Counted from the first letter of the stretch, positions 22,077-32,190 are shown. The stretch: 64,000 nucleotides of DNA from Alphaproteobacteria bacterium (GCA_965248835.1 CBDFLJ010000002.1:1024001-1088000); one strand, 5' to 3'. Numbers and translations are program-made. The notes: generated from the letters alone by a model not told the origin.

Positions 22077-23642
22077 TCATGACCGAGCCTCGATCCACAT
22101 CTCCCGCAGGACCTCGCGCCGGATCTTGCCGCGGTCCGACTTCGGCAGAGCGTCGACCAGGAAGACGGCCTTGGGCTGCTTGAACGCCGGCAGGCTGGGC
22201 GCGCAATGGTCCTGGACCGAAGCGAGCGTGACCTCGCGCATGGGCTTGGCAACGACGAAACACACCACTTCCTCGCCGTAGATCGGGTCCGGGACGCCCA
22301 CCGATGCCGCTTCGGCGATGTCGTCGTGGCGCATCAGGACGTGGTCGATCTCCAGCGGCGCGATGTTGACACCGCCGCGAATAATCAGGTCCTTCGTTCG
22401 CCCGGTGACCCGGACGAAGCCTTGCTCGTCCACGACCGCCAAATCACCGGTGCTGATCCGAACATCGGCGAGATCCTCCCATTCGCCCTCGGGCGAAATG
22501 GTCGCGATGCAGGTCTGCGGCCCGCCCACCGTGACCTCGCCCTCGGTGCCCGGCGGGCAGGGATCGCCGTTGCCGTCGACGATGACTAGCTCCTGGTGCT
22601 TGGCCGGCGGTCCGACCGTGCCCATCTTCCGGCGGTAATGGCGGTTGCCGCAGATCCAGCCGGCCTCGGACATGCCGTAGAGCTGCAGCAGGGTGACACC
22701 GTACATCTGCTCGAACCTGCGCCACTGATCCGGGCTCAGCGGGGCGGTCGAGCAGGTCATCAGGCGCAGCGTGGGCACGTCCTCGGCAGTGATGCCGACC
22801 GGCTCGTTGAGCAGCATGTTGACAACCGTCGGCACGCCGGCGGCAAAGGTGATGCCGTGATCGCGGATCCAGTCGAAGAACCGGCCGTAGGAGAACCGGC
22901 GCGCGATATGGAGGCTGAGCCCGGTCTGAAGCCACGGCATCAGGCTCAGGATCTGGGCCGAGTTCCATCCGAAGGAGCGGTATTCGAGCGTCCGGTCTTC
23001 GGCGGTCAGCCCCAGCATGTCGAGCGTCGACAACCCGCTCAGCCAGTAGGACAGATGGTTGAAGACCACGCATTTGGGCTTGGAGGTCGTCCCCGAGGTG
23101 CAGAAGATCGCCGCGATATCGGCGCCGCCGTAGCGCGCGCCGGCGACCGGGGCGGCATCCGCCGCGCGGAGAAGCTGGAACAGCTCGTTCTCATCACCGC
23201 CGCCGGCGTCCCAGCGAGCGAACCGGAGCCTGTCCCCTGCCACCCCGGTGGTCAGTGCCGGCCCGTCGAGCTCCTCGCTCCAAAACGTCAACTTGGGCTT
23301 GACATGCCCCAGGATCTCGCTGACATAGGCCGCGTTCATCTCGACGTTGAGCGGGCAGACCACCGCGCCAAGCCGCCAGATGCCCATCCATAGGATCAGC
23401 TTCTCCAGGCATTCCTCCGACAGAAGCGCGACCCGGTCGCCAGCGCCGATCCCGCGGTCGGCGAGGAAGCGTGCGATGCGGTTCGCTTCATCGCGCAGCC
23501 GGCGGTAATCGATCGACCGGCCCCCGTCGAGGTCGACAATTGCAGTCTTGTCCGGGTGCCGTTCGGCATACCTGTCGAGCAATGCCGCCACCGGCTCGAA
23601 GGGCAGGGCGAGGTCGTGTTCACGGGTTCCGCGCACCGTCAT
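22077..23642 (-). CDS. AMP-binding acyl/aryl-CoA ligase
   Basis: TSGTTSKPK, YGMSE, TGD, GRTKDLIIRGG and LPKSDRGK motifs. Confidence 0.9.
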   Translation of the reverse strand: MTVRGTREHDLALPFEPVAALLDRYAERHPDKTAIVDLDGGRSIDYRRLRDEANRIARFLADRGIGAGDRVALLSEECLEKLILWMGIWRLGAVVCPLNVEMNAAYVSEILGHVKPKLTFWSEELDGPALTTGVAGDRLRFARWDAGGGDENELFQLLRAADAAPVAGARYGGADIAAIFCTSGTTSKPKCVVFNHLSYWLSGLSTLDMLGLTAEDRTLEYRSFGWNSAQILSLMPWLQTGLSLHIARRFSYGRFFDWIRDHGITFAAGVPTVVNMLLNEPVGITAEDVPTLRLMTCSTAPLSPDQWRRFEQMYGVTLLQLYGMSEAGWICGNRHYRRKMGTVGPPAKHQELVIVDGNGDPCPPGTEGEVTVGGPQTCIATISPEGEWEDLADVRISTGDLAVVDEQGFVRVTGRTKDLIIRGGVNIAPLEIDHVLMRHDDIAEAASVGVPDPIYGEEVVCFVVAKPMREVTLASVQDHCAPSLPAFKQPKAVFLVDALPKSDRGKIRREVLREMWIEARS

Positions 23643-23705
23643 CGGGCCTCCTTCCGAGGGATCTGTCCACTGGCGCGGCGATTGTTTTGCCGGTTGGGCC
23701 GCACG

Positions 23706-24617
23706 TCAAGCCGCGGCCAGGGCGACAGCGACCTCGCCGGCAAGGGCGGCGTTGTTCTCCAGCAGGGCCGCGTTGGCCTTCAGCGATTCACCGTCGGTGA
23801 TCTCCGCAAGGCGGTCGAGCAGGAAGGGCGTCAGTGCCTTGCCGCCGATCCTCGACCGCGCGGCTTCGGCCAGCGCGGTCTCGATTGCGGCCTCGATCCG
23901 GTCGCCGGCGAGGGCATGCTCGGGCGGGATGGGATTGGCGATGACGATCCCGCTTTCCAGCCCAAGCGCGCGCTGAGCCGCGATCAGCCGCGCAATCGCC
24001 TGCGCATCGTCGAGGCGGTGCGGCACCGCGATGCCGCTGTCCGGGACATGGAACGCCGGCAGGACGTCGGTCCGGTAGCCGACGACCGGCACGCCCTTGG
24101 TCTCCAGATATTCCATGGTGCGCGGCAGATCGAGGATCGACTTGGCGCCGGCGCAGACCACCGCGAGCCGAGTCCGGCCGAGCTCCTCGAGGTCGGCGGA
24201 GACGTCCAGAGTCTGTGCCATGCCGCGGTGGACGCCGCCGATGCCGCCAGTCGCGAACACCGCGATGCCGGCGCGCGCCGCGCAGATCATCGTCGCTGCG
24301 ACGGTGGTTGCACCGTCCCGGCCGGTCGCCGCCGCAAACGCGAGATCGCGGCGGCTGACCTTCATGACCGTCCCGCCGGTGGCCAGCCGCTCGACGTCGC
24401 CCTGGCAGAGCCCGACGATGATCTTCCCATCGATCAGGCCGATGAAAGCCGGCAGCGCACCGGCCGTGCGTACCGCCCGGTCGATCGCGCGCGCGACCTC
24501 CAGGTTCGCCGGCCGCGGAAAGCCGTGGGCGATCGCCGTCGTCTCGAGCGCCACAACCGGCGCGCCGGCAGCGACCGCTTCTTCGACGGCAGGCGCAATC
24601 GAAAACAACCCGTCCAT
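23706..24617 (-). CDS. psuG: pseudouridine-5'-phosphate glycosidase family (PsuG/IndA)
   Basis: VALETT, KVSRRDL, GGIGGVHRG, DVSADLEEL, GAKSILD. Confidence 0.9.
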   Translation of the reverse strand: MDGLFSIAPAVEEAVAAGAPVVALETTAIAHGFPRPANLEVARAIDRAVRTAGALPAFIGLIDGKIIVGLCQGDVERLATGGTVMKVSRRDLAFAAATGRDGATTVAATMICAARAGIAVFATGGIGGVHRGMAQTLDVSADLEELGRTRLAVVCAGAKSILDLPRTMEYLETKGVPVVGYRTDVLPAFHVPDSGIAVPHRLDDAQAIARLIAAQRALGLESGIVIANPIPPEHALAGDRIEAAIETALAEAARSRIGGKALTPFLLDRLAEITDGESLKANAALLENNAALAGEVAVALAAA

Positions 24618-24688
24618 GCGGGCAGACTAATCGATTGTCCACGCAATGAGAATCGGCGGCCGCGGGTGGCGAACCGGATTCGGTCCGA

Positions 24689-25333
24689 TCAGTTCCTGAC
24701 GATGCTGCCGCGCTCGATGACGAAGACTTCGTCGAGCAGGGGCGCGATGTGAACATCGTTCGATTCGGCCACCAGCACCGATTCGCCTTCTTCCTTGAGG
24801 TTGCCGAGAATCTCGACCATGCGGTGGGCGAAGATCGGCGCGATCCCTTCGCTCGGCTCGTCGAGCAGCAACAGCTTGGTGCCCGCCATCAGGGCGCGCG
24901 CGAAGGCGACGAACTTCTGCTGACCGCCGGAAAGCTCGGTTGCACCGCGCGCGCGGAACTCCGCGACCTCCGGCATCAGCCCGTAAATCCATTCGAGCCG
25001 TGTCTGGGCGCTCGGATTGCGGGTCGACCAGACCGGCAGCAGGATGTTCTCCTCGGCCGTCAGTGCCGGAACCAGCCTGCGGTCCTCGGGCATGAACCCG
25101 ATCCCCATATGGGCGCGGCGGTGGGCCTGGGTCGCGGTCAGGTCGGTCTCTTCGAATGCGATCTTTCCGCGCTTGGCTGGCAGCGCGCCCATGACCGCAC
25201 GCATGAATGTCGTCTTGCCGGCGCCGTTGCGGCCGATCAGCCCGCACATCGAGCCGGCCGGTACGCTCAATTGGATGCCGCGCAGGATCGGCGTTGCACC
25301 GATGCTGACATCGAGTTCGGTGACGGTCAGCAT
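24689..25333 (-). CDS. ABC ATP-binding protein (LivF-like)
   Basis: GRNGAGKT, LSGGQQ, LLDEPSEG. Confidence 0.9.
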   Translation of the reverse strand: MLTVTELDVSIGATPILRGIQLSVPAGSMCGLIGRNGAGKTTFMRAVMGALPAKRGKIAFEETDLTATQAHRRAHMGIGFMPEDRRLVPALTAEENILLPVWSTRNPSAQTRLEWIYGLMPEVAEFRARGATELSGGQQKFVAFARALMAGTKLLLLDEPSEGIAPIFAHRMVEILGNLKEEGESVLVAESNDVHIAPLLDEVFVIERGSIVRN

Positions 25334-26124
25334 TGGTTCGTTGCCTCCTGCCCGGAGCCGTCGCTGCGCGCGCGGTGGTACTCCTTGCCGATCACGTATT
25401 GCTGCACGCCCTCGTCGCGCATGGCTTGCGCGGTCGGTGCGTCGCAGATGATCTCGCCCTGGTAGAACGCCAGCACCCGCGCCACGTAGCGTTCGACGAT
25501 CTCCATGTCATGCTCGATGAACAGCACCGTGCAGTCTTCCTGCTTCAGCGCCTCCATCAGGATGTCCATGATGCCGAACTTCTCCTCGGCGCTGATGCCG
25601 CTGGTCGGCTCGTCGAGCATCACGAGCTTGGGTTTGCGCACTGTCGCCATCGCGATGTCGAGCAGCTTGCGGATGCCCTGCGGCAGGGCCGAGCCGACGA
25701 CGTCGCGGTAATCGGAAATCTGATAGCGCACCAGATGGGCGTCGACGCGCGCCGCGCGCTCTTCGACCTGCAGGGGCTTCAGCAGGCCGAACCCGTCCTG
25801 CTCGGCGATGCCGTAAGCGATCATCATGTTGTCGAAGACGGATTCGGACAGGAAGACCTGCGGCACCTGAAACGAACGGGACAGCCCGAGTCGGGTGATC
25901 GCGCGCACCGACAGCCCGCGGATGTTGCGGCCCACGAACTCCACCGTCCCCGCGCTCGGCGGCAGGTAGCCGGTGACCATGTTGATGAAGGTGGTCTTGC
26001 CGGCCCCGTTGGCGCCGATGATGCCGATGGTCTCGCCTTCCTCGACGACGACGTTGATGTTGTGCGCGGCAACGACCGCGCCGAACGACTTTTCCAGATC
26101 GTGAACTTCCAGGACGACCGACAT
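25327..26124 (-). CDS. ABC ATP-binding protein (LivG-like)
   Basis: GANGAGKT, LDEPTSG, IEHDM. Confidence 0.9.
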   Translation of the reverse strand: MSVVLEVHDLEKSFGAVVAAHNINVVVEEGETIGIIGANGAGKTTFINMVTGYLPPSAGTVEFVGRNIRGLSVRAITRLGLSRSFQVPQVFLSESVFDNMMIAYGIAEQDGFGLLKPLQVEERAARVDAHLVRYQISDYRDVVGSALPQGIRKLLDIAMATVRKPKLVMLDEPTSGISAEEKFGIMDILMEALKQEDCTVLFIEHDMEIVERYVARVLAFYQGEIICDAPTAQAMRDEGVQQYVIGKEYHRARSDGSGQEATNQC

Positions 26125-26130
26125 CGCGGG

Positions 26131-27135
26131 CTACGCCTTTTCCTTTTCCGCCTGAATGGAAGGTGCCGCCTTTGCCTTCGTCTTCGCGGCGCCTCTGGCC
26201 CGCCTCCGGTCGACCAGCGACCACAGCCCGTTGGGCAGGAACATGATGATCAGCAGCAGGGTCCCGCCCATGATGAGCTGCCAGATCCCCGGGAACTGGT
26301 CGAAGGCGTAGGTCCGGATGAGCTCGTAGATCAGCGCGCCGATGAACGGTGCGCTGACGTTGCCGGTCCCGCTGAGGATCGCGATGAACACGAAATCGCC
26401 CGAGATCGGCCAGTAGACCATCGAATCGGGATCGACATGGCCGATCGTCAGCGCGGCGATCGCCCCGCCGAAACCGCCGACGAGGCCGGAAATCGTGTAC
26501 TTGACATGGATTGCCCGCTCCGCGGAATAGCCGAGATATTCGAGTCGGATCTCGTTCTCGCGCACCGCGGTGGTCAGGGTGCCCAGTGTCGAGCGTAGAT
26601 AGAGGTGGACGAGGACGGCGACGATCCACGACAGGACGGCGGCGCACACGAACAGCGCCGTCTTGTTCTCTGCCCCGAGCGGCGCGTACCAGAGATAGGT
26701 CGTCGCCTCAAGGCTGATCCCGTCGGTCGAGCCCAGGTCCTCGATCTTTGCCAGCACGCCGTAGAGGATCATCGAAAAAGCAAGGTTCAGCAGCGCGAAA
26801 TAAATGCCGCGGTACTGCCGCAGCAGGAAGCCCAGGATGTAGGCGAACAGGCCGGCCATCACGACGCCGCAGGCAATCGTCAGGAACGCATCGGTGATGC
26901 CGAGATACTTGACGATCAGGGCGACCGTATAGGCCCCGAAGCCGAAGAACAGCGCATGGCCGAAGGAGATCAGCCCGCACCGCCAGAGCACCAGCAGGCC
27001 CAGCGCCACCGCCCCCCGCGCGAGCGAGAGGGTGAGGATGGTGCGGAACCAATCCGGGACCAGGAAGTTGAGCACCAGCAGGACGATGAAGCCGATCGTC
27101 AGCCCCCACAGCGTCCTATCCATGTTGGCGGTCAT
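26131..27135 (-). CDS. ABC permease (LivM-like)
   Basis: ATG 27135; GLISFGHALFFG and AVRENE motifs. Confidence 0.88.
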   Translation of the reverse strand: MTANMDRTLWGLTIGFIVLLVLNFLVPDWFRTILTLSLARGAVALGLLVLWRCGLISFGHALFFGFGAYTVALIVKYLGITDAFLTIACGVVMAGLFAYILGFLLRQYRGIYFALLNLAFSMILYGVLAKIEDLGSTDGISLEATTYLWYAPLGAENKTALFVCAAVLSWIVAVLVHLYLRSTLGTLTTAVRENEIRLEYLGYSAERAIHVKYTISGLVGGFGGAIAALTIGHVDPDSMVYWPISGDFVFIAILSGTGNVSAPFIGALIYELIRTYAFDQFPGIWQLIMGGTLLLIIMFLPNGLWSLVDRRRARGAAKTKAKAAPSIQAEKEKA

Positions 27136-28034
27136 ATCTTTCTTGCCTTCGTCGGGGCGAACAGCCCTTGCGGCCTGATGATCAGGACGATCGCCATGAT
27201 CATGTAGATGACGAACAGCTCCAGGACCGGCTGCTGGTGGACGGCGAATGCGCGCGCGATGCCGACCACGAGCGAGCCGATCAACGCGCCGGGAATGCTG
27301 CCCATCCCGCCGATCACGACGACGGCGAAGGCGAGCACGATGACCTCGACGCCGATCCCCGGCTGGACGGAGATCGCCGGCGCCTGGTAGGCGCCGCCGA
27401 GCGCGCCGAGGAACGAGCCAACCATGAACGTGACCAGGAAGACCATGGTCACGTTGATCCCCATCGATTGCGCGAGCTCGCGGTCGAAGATCACCGCAAG
27501 CAGCATCTTGCCGAACGTCGTCCGGTTGAGCCCGTACCACAGGATCCAGCCGACGACCGCCGAGAGCAGGATCATCGACAGGCTGTAATTATCGAAGGGA
27601 AGCTGGGCGATTTCGGTCTGGCCCAGCAACGCCAGAGGCTCCGCGGCGATATAGGGTTCGGTGCCCCAGATCAGCAGCAGCACGTCTTCGAGCGCCAGGA
27701 AGGCGGCGAATGTCGCCAGCACGACGATGTGCTCATCCTCGTGATAGAGGTGCTTCAGCAGGCCGCGCTCGATGATGATGCCGAACAGGATGCCGAGGAA
27801 AATCGCTGAGATCAGCATGATCGCAAACGCGCCGAACTGCGGCAATTCGGCCTCGTTGTAGACGATCAGCAGCGTCGCCGTCAGATAGGCGCCGAAGGCA
27901 TAAAGCGAGCCGTGGGTGACGTTCAGGATCTTCTGGACGCCGCAAATGACGGTAAGACCGACCGAGACCATGAACAGGTAGGAGGCGTAGACAAGTCCGT
28001 CGATCAGGATGATCAGTAAGAGCTGGAAATCCAA
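27132..28034 (-). CDS. ABC permease (LivH-like)
   Basis: LNVTHGSLY and VVVIGGMGSIPG motifs. Confidence 0.88.
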   Translation of the reverse strand: MDFQLLLIILIDGLVYASYLFMVSVGLTVICGVQKILNVTHGSLYAFGAYLTATLLIVYNEAELPQFGAFAIMLISAIFLGILFGIIIERGLLKHLYHEDEHIVVLATFAAFLALEDVLLLIWGTEPYIAAEPLALLGQTEIAQLPFDNYSLSMILLSAVVGWILWYGLNRTTFGKMLLAVIFDRELAQSMGINVTMVFLVTFMVGSFLGALGGAYQAPAISVQPGIGVEVIVLAFAVVVIGGMGSIPGALIGSLVVGIARAFAVHQQPVLELFVIYMIMAIVLIIRPQGLFAPTKARKI

Positions 28035-28107
28035 CGGTGCTCCCCCCCGCGTGGCTGAAAAACGACGGTTACGTTGATCGGAACGTTGATCGGAACCATG
28101 TGAAGGC

Positions 28108-28141
28108 CGACCCGGGCGCCCGCATGAAGGCGCCCGGGTCG
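28108..28141 (-). terminator. 13-bp GC hairpin between the SBP gene and the permease gene
   Basis: CGACCCGGGCGCC-cgcatgaa-GGCGCCCGGGTCG; typical position for an mRNA-stabilising or attenuating stem. Confidence 0.65.
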
Positions 28142-28173
28142 TTTGGTGCTAGGATACTACCGCATCCTGGCGA

Positions 28174-29499
28174 TCAGTCGCACTTGGCGCCCTGCATGCC
28201 GCCCTCGAGCCAGGCAACGGACTTGACGCCGTCAGGCGGCATCACGCATTCGCCCTTGAAGATGACGACATCCTTGACCACCATCTCGCCCTTGGCTTCG
28301 TCCCAGGCCGTGACGCCCCAGCGGTCCTCGGTCACCGCTTGGTGGCCCTTGCTGAGCGCCAACTTCACCTCGCCGGACAGGGACGTGTACGTCGCGCCTT
28401 CCAGCGCGGCGATCACCTGTTCGGTCGAGGGGAACTTGCCGCCATTGGCCTTCATCGCCTTGTCGTAGGCGTATTTGGCGCCGAGGATTCCCTGCGAGAA
28501 CTGGTAGCCCGGCTGGGAGGGCTGCTCCTTGTAGGTTTCGCGGTAGTTCTTCTGGAACCAGTTGTTGAGCGGGGTGTCGATACTCACGGCGTACATCCCG
28601 TACGGCCCCCGCGTCCCGACGAGCTGCCCTTCCGGGAACTTCCTTCCTAGCCGGTAGGCGACCGTCTCGCCGACCGTCAGGATGAACAGCTTGCGCTCGA
28701 ACAGACCGCGCGCGTTGGCCTGGGCGATGAACGCCTCCAGATCGCCGCCCCAAAAGCTCGAATGCACGACTTTCTGCTTGGCGCGCAGCAGGGCGGAAAT
28801 CTCGGACCCGTACTGGCCGGAGAACAGCTTGGGGAACTGCTGCTTGCGGGCCGGTTTGATGTCCGGCGCCAGGACCTTCATGGCGAGATTGAAGTCGCGC
28901 CAGGAATCCTGTCCCCAGGCGTAGTTCTGATTGAGCCCGATATAGCCGTCCTTGGCCCTGTCCTTGAGCTTCATGGCGACGTAGCGCGCCGCGCCGGTGT
29001 TGTTGCCGGTGCCGTGGCTCATGGTGCGGAACAGGTATTTCGGGTTCGGCACGAGCTCTTCGAAGACCCGCGGCGTGCCGCAGACTGTGAGTATGGTGAG
29101 GACCTTGACCTCTTCGGCGATCCGGGCGACCGCCGCGCAGGTGCCCGACGAAATATAGCCGACCACCAGGTCGACGTCTTCCTTCTGGGCCTTGTTGCGC
29201 AGCTCGGTGACCTGCTTGGTGCCGCCGCCGGCCTCGTCGTAGATCAACAGCTCGATCTTGCGCCCGGCCAATCCGACGCTGTTATAAGGGGCGGGCAGCT
29301 CGCCGTTGTTGATCGCGCGGACGATCAGCTCTACGCCCTTCTTGGCCGGGATCCCGAAGGCCGGCGCGCCGGCGCCGGTAAGGAAAGTCGGCACAGCCAT
29401 CTTGACGGTCTGGGCCGATGCGGTGCCCGCTGCGAGGACCAGGGCGGCCGTCGCCGCCGCGGCAACGCGGATCGGCTTCGCGCCGAAAATTGGATTCAT
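28174..29499 (-). CDS. HAAT-family ABC substrate-binding protein
   Basis: Signal peptide; GYISSG and NYAWGQDSW motifs; heads the Liv-type cassette. Confidence 0.88.
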   Translation of the reverse strand: MNPIFGAKPIRVAAAATAALVLAAGTASAQTVKMAVPTFLTGAGAPAFGIPAKKGVELIVRAINNGELPAPYNSVGLAGRKIELLIYDEAGGGTKQVTELRNKAQKEDVDLVVGYISSGTCAAVARIAEEVKVLTILTVCGTPRVFEELVPNPKYLFRTMSHGTGNNTGAARYVAMKLKDRAKDGYIGLNQNYAWGQDSWRDFNLAMKVLAPDIKPARKQQFPKLFSGQYGSEISALLRAKQKVVHSSFWGGDLEAFIAQANARGLFERKLFILTVGETVAYRLGRKFPEGQLVGTRGPYGMYAVSIDTPLNNWFQKNYRETYKEQPSQPGYQFSQGILGAKYAYDKAMKANGGKFPSTEQVIAALEGATYTSLSGEVKLALSKGHQAVTEDRWGVTAWDEAKGEMVVKDVVIFKGECVMPPDGVKSVAWLEGGMQGAKCD

Positions 29500-29626
29500 C
29501 AGAACCTCCCAACACGTTCATTGCCACGGCCGGTCAGGCCGTGGGGTGAGCGGATCGTAAGCGATTATCAAGGCTTTGGCACCAGTAATTTTGTCGCAGC
29601 CCGGATGATCGAAGGCTCCGGCGGTT

Positions 29627-30292
29627 TTACGCCACCCGCGCCGCCGCGCGCGATTGCCGCCAGGCAGCCAGGATCTCATCGGTGGCGGTCACCAGGCCGA
29701 ACCGGTGGGTGACGGTCTGCAAGCTCGCCTCGTGCAACGCCATGTCCCAGCTCGCCGTCGCATCGCGCGGCACGGCGACGTAATAGCCCGTCTCGAAGGC
29801 ATCGCGCAGCGTGCTCTCGACGCAGACATTGGTCGAAACCCCGGTCGTGATCACGGTCTGGATACGATGTGCGCGCAGCACCATGTCGAGGTCGGTACCC
29901 TTGAACGCGCTGTAGCGGTGCTTTCTGATCCACACCTCGCCGGTGCGCGGGGACAGCTCGTCGATGAACGCCGCGCCCTCGGTATCGGCGATGCACAGGA
30001 CGTCGGAGGAATAGGTCGAGCGCCGCCGCTGGGCGAGCCAGGGTCCGGAATCGCTGGCGTGATCGGGCAGCGTCCAGAAGCCGACATGGACCACCAGCAC
30101 GCCGGCCGCGCGCGCGCCGTCGAGCAGCCGGACCAGGTTGGGGATGATCGACCGCGTCGCGCTCAGGTCGCGCCCGGCCAGATCGCACAGGAACCCGTCG
30201 AGCACCAGGTCCTTCTGCATGTCGATGATCACAAGCGCCGCGCGGTCCGGCGCGATCCGCTCCTCCAGAGTTTCCAGCATGGCCGGTTCCAT
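29627..30292 (-). CDS. isochorismatase-like cysteine hydrolase (RutB-like)
   Basis: IIDMQKD, KHRYSAF and GVSTNVCVEST supply the D-K-C triad. Confidence 0.9.
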   Translation of the reverse strand: MEPAMLETLEERIAPDRAALVIIDMQKDLVLDGFLCDLAGRDLSATRSIIPNLVRLLDGARAAGVLVVHVGFWTLPDHASDSGPWLAQRRRSTYSSDVLCIADTEGAAFIDELSPRTGEVWIRKHRYSAFKGTDLDMVLRAHRIQTVITTGVSTNVCVESTLRDAFETGYYVAVPRDATASWDMALHEASLQTVTHRFGLVTATDEILAAWRQSRAAARVA

Positions 30293-30295
30293 CGC

Positions 30296-31180
30296 TCAGC
30301 CTCCCTTGCGTGCCGCCGCTTCGGCGGCGATGAACCAGTCCGCGATCCCGGCTCCGGTCATGAAGACCGTATCGTCCCTGGCCTGGAGGATGTCGAGCAT
30401 CTCCACCAGGTACCCGAAGCGATGCGGCACGCCAATCAGATGCGGATGCAGCCCAAGCGTGAGCACCTTGGGTTGTTCGGCCAGCTCGGGCTCGAAACAG
30501 GCCAGCGTGTCGATCATCCGGCGGTGGATTTCCGCCGAGCCGTGCTTGTCGCCGGCATAGATCGGGCTGTCGTTGATCTCCAGCGTATAGGGCAGCGCCA
30601 GCATCGGCCCGTGCTCGGTGGTCATCCAGCACGGCAGGTCGTCGAGCGGCCAGTCGAAGACATATTCGATCCCCGCCGCCTTCAGGAGATCCGGCGTCCG
30701 GAAGCTCTCGCGCAGGCCGGGGCCCAGCCATCCGCGCGGCCGCGTGCCGGTGAAGGCGTCGATCATCCCGAGCGCGGTCTCGATCAGCGCTGCCTCGTCG
30801 CCTTCGCCCTGGATCGACTTCTGGTGGACGCCGTGGCCGATGAACTCCCACCCGGCCTCGCGGATCGCCTCGGCGCATGACGGGTAGGCCTCGATCACCG
30901 ATGCGTTGAAGCTGCAGCTCGCCGGCACGCCGCGCCCGGCGAACAGGCGCAACAGCCGGGGCATGCCGACCCGCATGCCGTATTCCGCCCAGGCAAAGTT
31001 GGGCACGTCCGGCACCGCTTCCAGCCCGTGCGGGCTGGTCAGCGCCTTGCGCGGCATCGGCTGGTCGAACTGCCAGTGCTCGACATTGACCACCAGGTGG
31101 ACGATCAGCGGCTTGCCGTCGGGCGGGGTCAGGCGCGGCCGCCGGTCGAACAGCTCGAAGGCGATGCGCGGGTTGCTCAT
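30296..31180 (-). CDS. polysaccharide-deacetylase-fold hydrolase (PuuE-like)
   Basis: ATG 31180; VNVEHW, EYGMRVG, GHG, GWLGPGL, LHPHLIGVPHR. Confidence 0.85.
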   Translation of the reverse strand: MSNPRIAFELFDRRPRLTPPDGKPLIVHLVVNVEHWQFDQPMPRKALTSPHGLEAVPDVPNFAWAEYGMRVGMPRLLRLFAGRGVPASCSFNASVIEAYPSCAEAIREAGWEFIGHGVHQKSIQGEGDEAALIETALGMIDAFTGTRPRGWLGPGLRESFRTPDLLKAAGIEYVFDWPLDDLPCWMTTEHGPMLALPYTLEINDSPIYAGDKHGSAEIHRRMIDTLACFEPELAEQPKVLTLGLHPHLIGVPHRFGYLVEMLDILQARDDTVFMTGAGIADWFIAAEAAARKGG

Positions 31181-31554
31181 TGAGCGCGTTGCCAGACGAT
31201 CTCCGCCTTGGTGCCCGGGCCGTAGGCGATCGAAGGCTCGGCGGTCAGCGTCATCCGGTCGTCGTCGAGGCTGACCGCGCGGTGCTGCTCGGTGCCGCGC
31301 AGTTCGGGGTCGCTGCTCATGTGGATGCGGTGGATGTTCTTGCCCTCCAGGCACTCGAGCGCCCCGCAATAGGTCAGGTGATCGCGTCCGCCCTTGCCGT
31401 CGGGGCGCTCCACCGAACACGACATGAACCCGTCGGCGGCGTAGAAGATGTAGCCCCGGGTGTCGTCGCCCCAGGGCTCGGACGTATTACCCTCGGCATC
31501 GGTCAGCGTGTAGCCGGCAAGCTCCCAGGTTCCCACCAGTTCGTCGCGCACCAT
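31177..31554 (-). CDS. lipocalin-like domain protein
   Basis: LVGTWEL...GYIFYAADGFMS...IVWQRA pattern. Confidence 0.75.
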   Translation of the reverse strand: MVRDELVGTWELAGYTLTDAEGNTSEPWGDDTRGYIFYAADGFMSCSVERPDGKGGRDHLTYCGALECLEGKNIHRIHMSSDPELRGTEQHRAVSLDDDRMTLTAEPSIAYGPGTKAEIVWQRAQ

Positions 31555-31671
31555 CGATCGTCTCCCCTTTGCTGTTCGGCACCGTTCGGCCCGTGTCGGC
31601 CGCCAAGCCTAGCCCAACGGCGTCGAACACGCGATGCTATGAACGGCTTGCGAGACTGCAAGGAGTGTGAA

Positions 31672-32157
31672 ATGAGCCTTGCCGCCGATGCCGCGCACGT
31701 CCCGCCGGCGATCACGGCCCTGATGGCCGACTACGCCCATTGCATCGACGACGACCGGCTGGAGGACTGGCCCGGCCTGTTCACCGATCCCTGCCTCTAC
31801 CGCATCGCCACCCGGGACAACGAGAGGCGCGGACTGCCGGCTTCGATCATGCTGTGCGACACCAGGGCGATGTTGCTGGACCGGGTGGTCTCGGTGCGCC
31901 ACGCCAACGTCTTCGAACCCCACACCTACCGCCACATGGTGAGCTGCATCCGCCTGCTCGCTGTCGCGGGCACCGAATATCGGCTACAATCGAACTACCT
32001 GGTCACCCGGACCATGCGCGACGGCACGATGACGGTCTTCTCCACCGGCGAATACCGGGACGTGGTCGTGCTGTGCGATGGCGAGGCCCGGTTCAGGGAG
32101 CGGGTCGTGCTGTGCGATCACGGGATGATCAACAACCTGATTGCGCTGCCGCTCTAG
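31672..32157 (+). CDS. aromatic ring-hydroxylating oxygenase beta subunit (orphan)
   Basis: YAHCIDDDRLEDWP...RHMVS...SNYLV...GEYRD...ALPL pattern of NagH/AndAd-type small subunits. Confidence 0.8.
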   Translation: MSLAADAAHVPPAITALMADYAHCIDDDRLEDWPGLFTDPCLYRIATRDNERRGLPASIMLCDTRAMLLDRVVSVRHANVFEPHTYRHMVSCIRLLAVAGTEYRLQSNYLVTRTMRDGTMTVFSTGEYRDVVVLCDGEARFRERVVLCDHGMINNLIALPL

Positions 32158-32190
32158 CCCCGTCTCGAGACGCGGAGGAGGAGAACGATA

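Noticed and set aside
28081-28096. GAAC...GAAC as a LexA box
   Set aside because: The spacing is 8, not 7; explained by the 12-bp tandem duplication.
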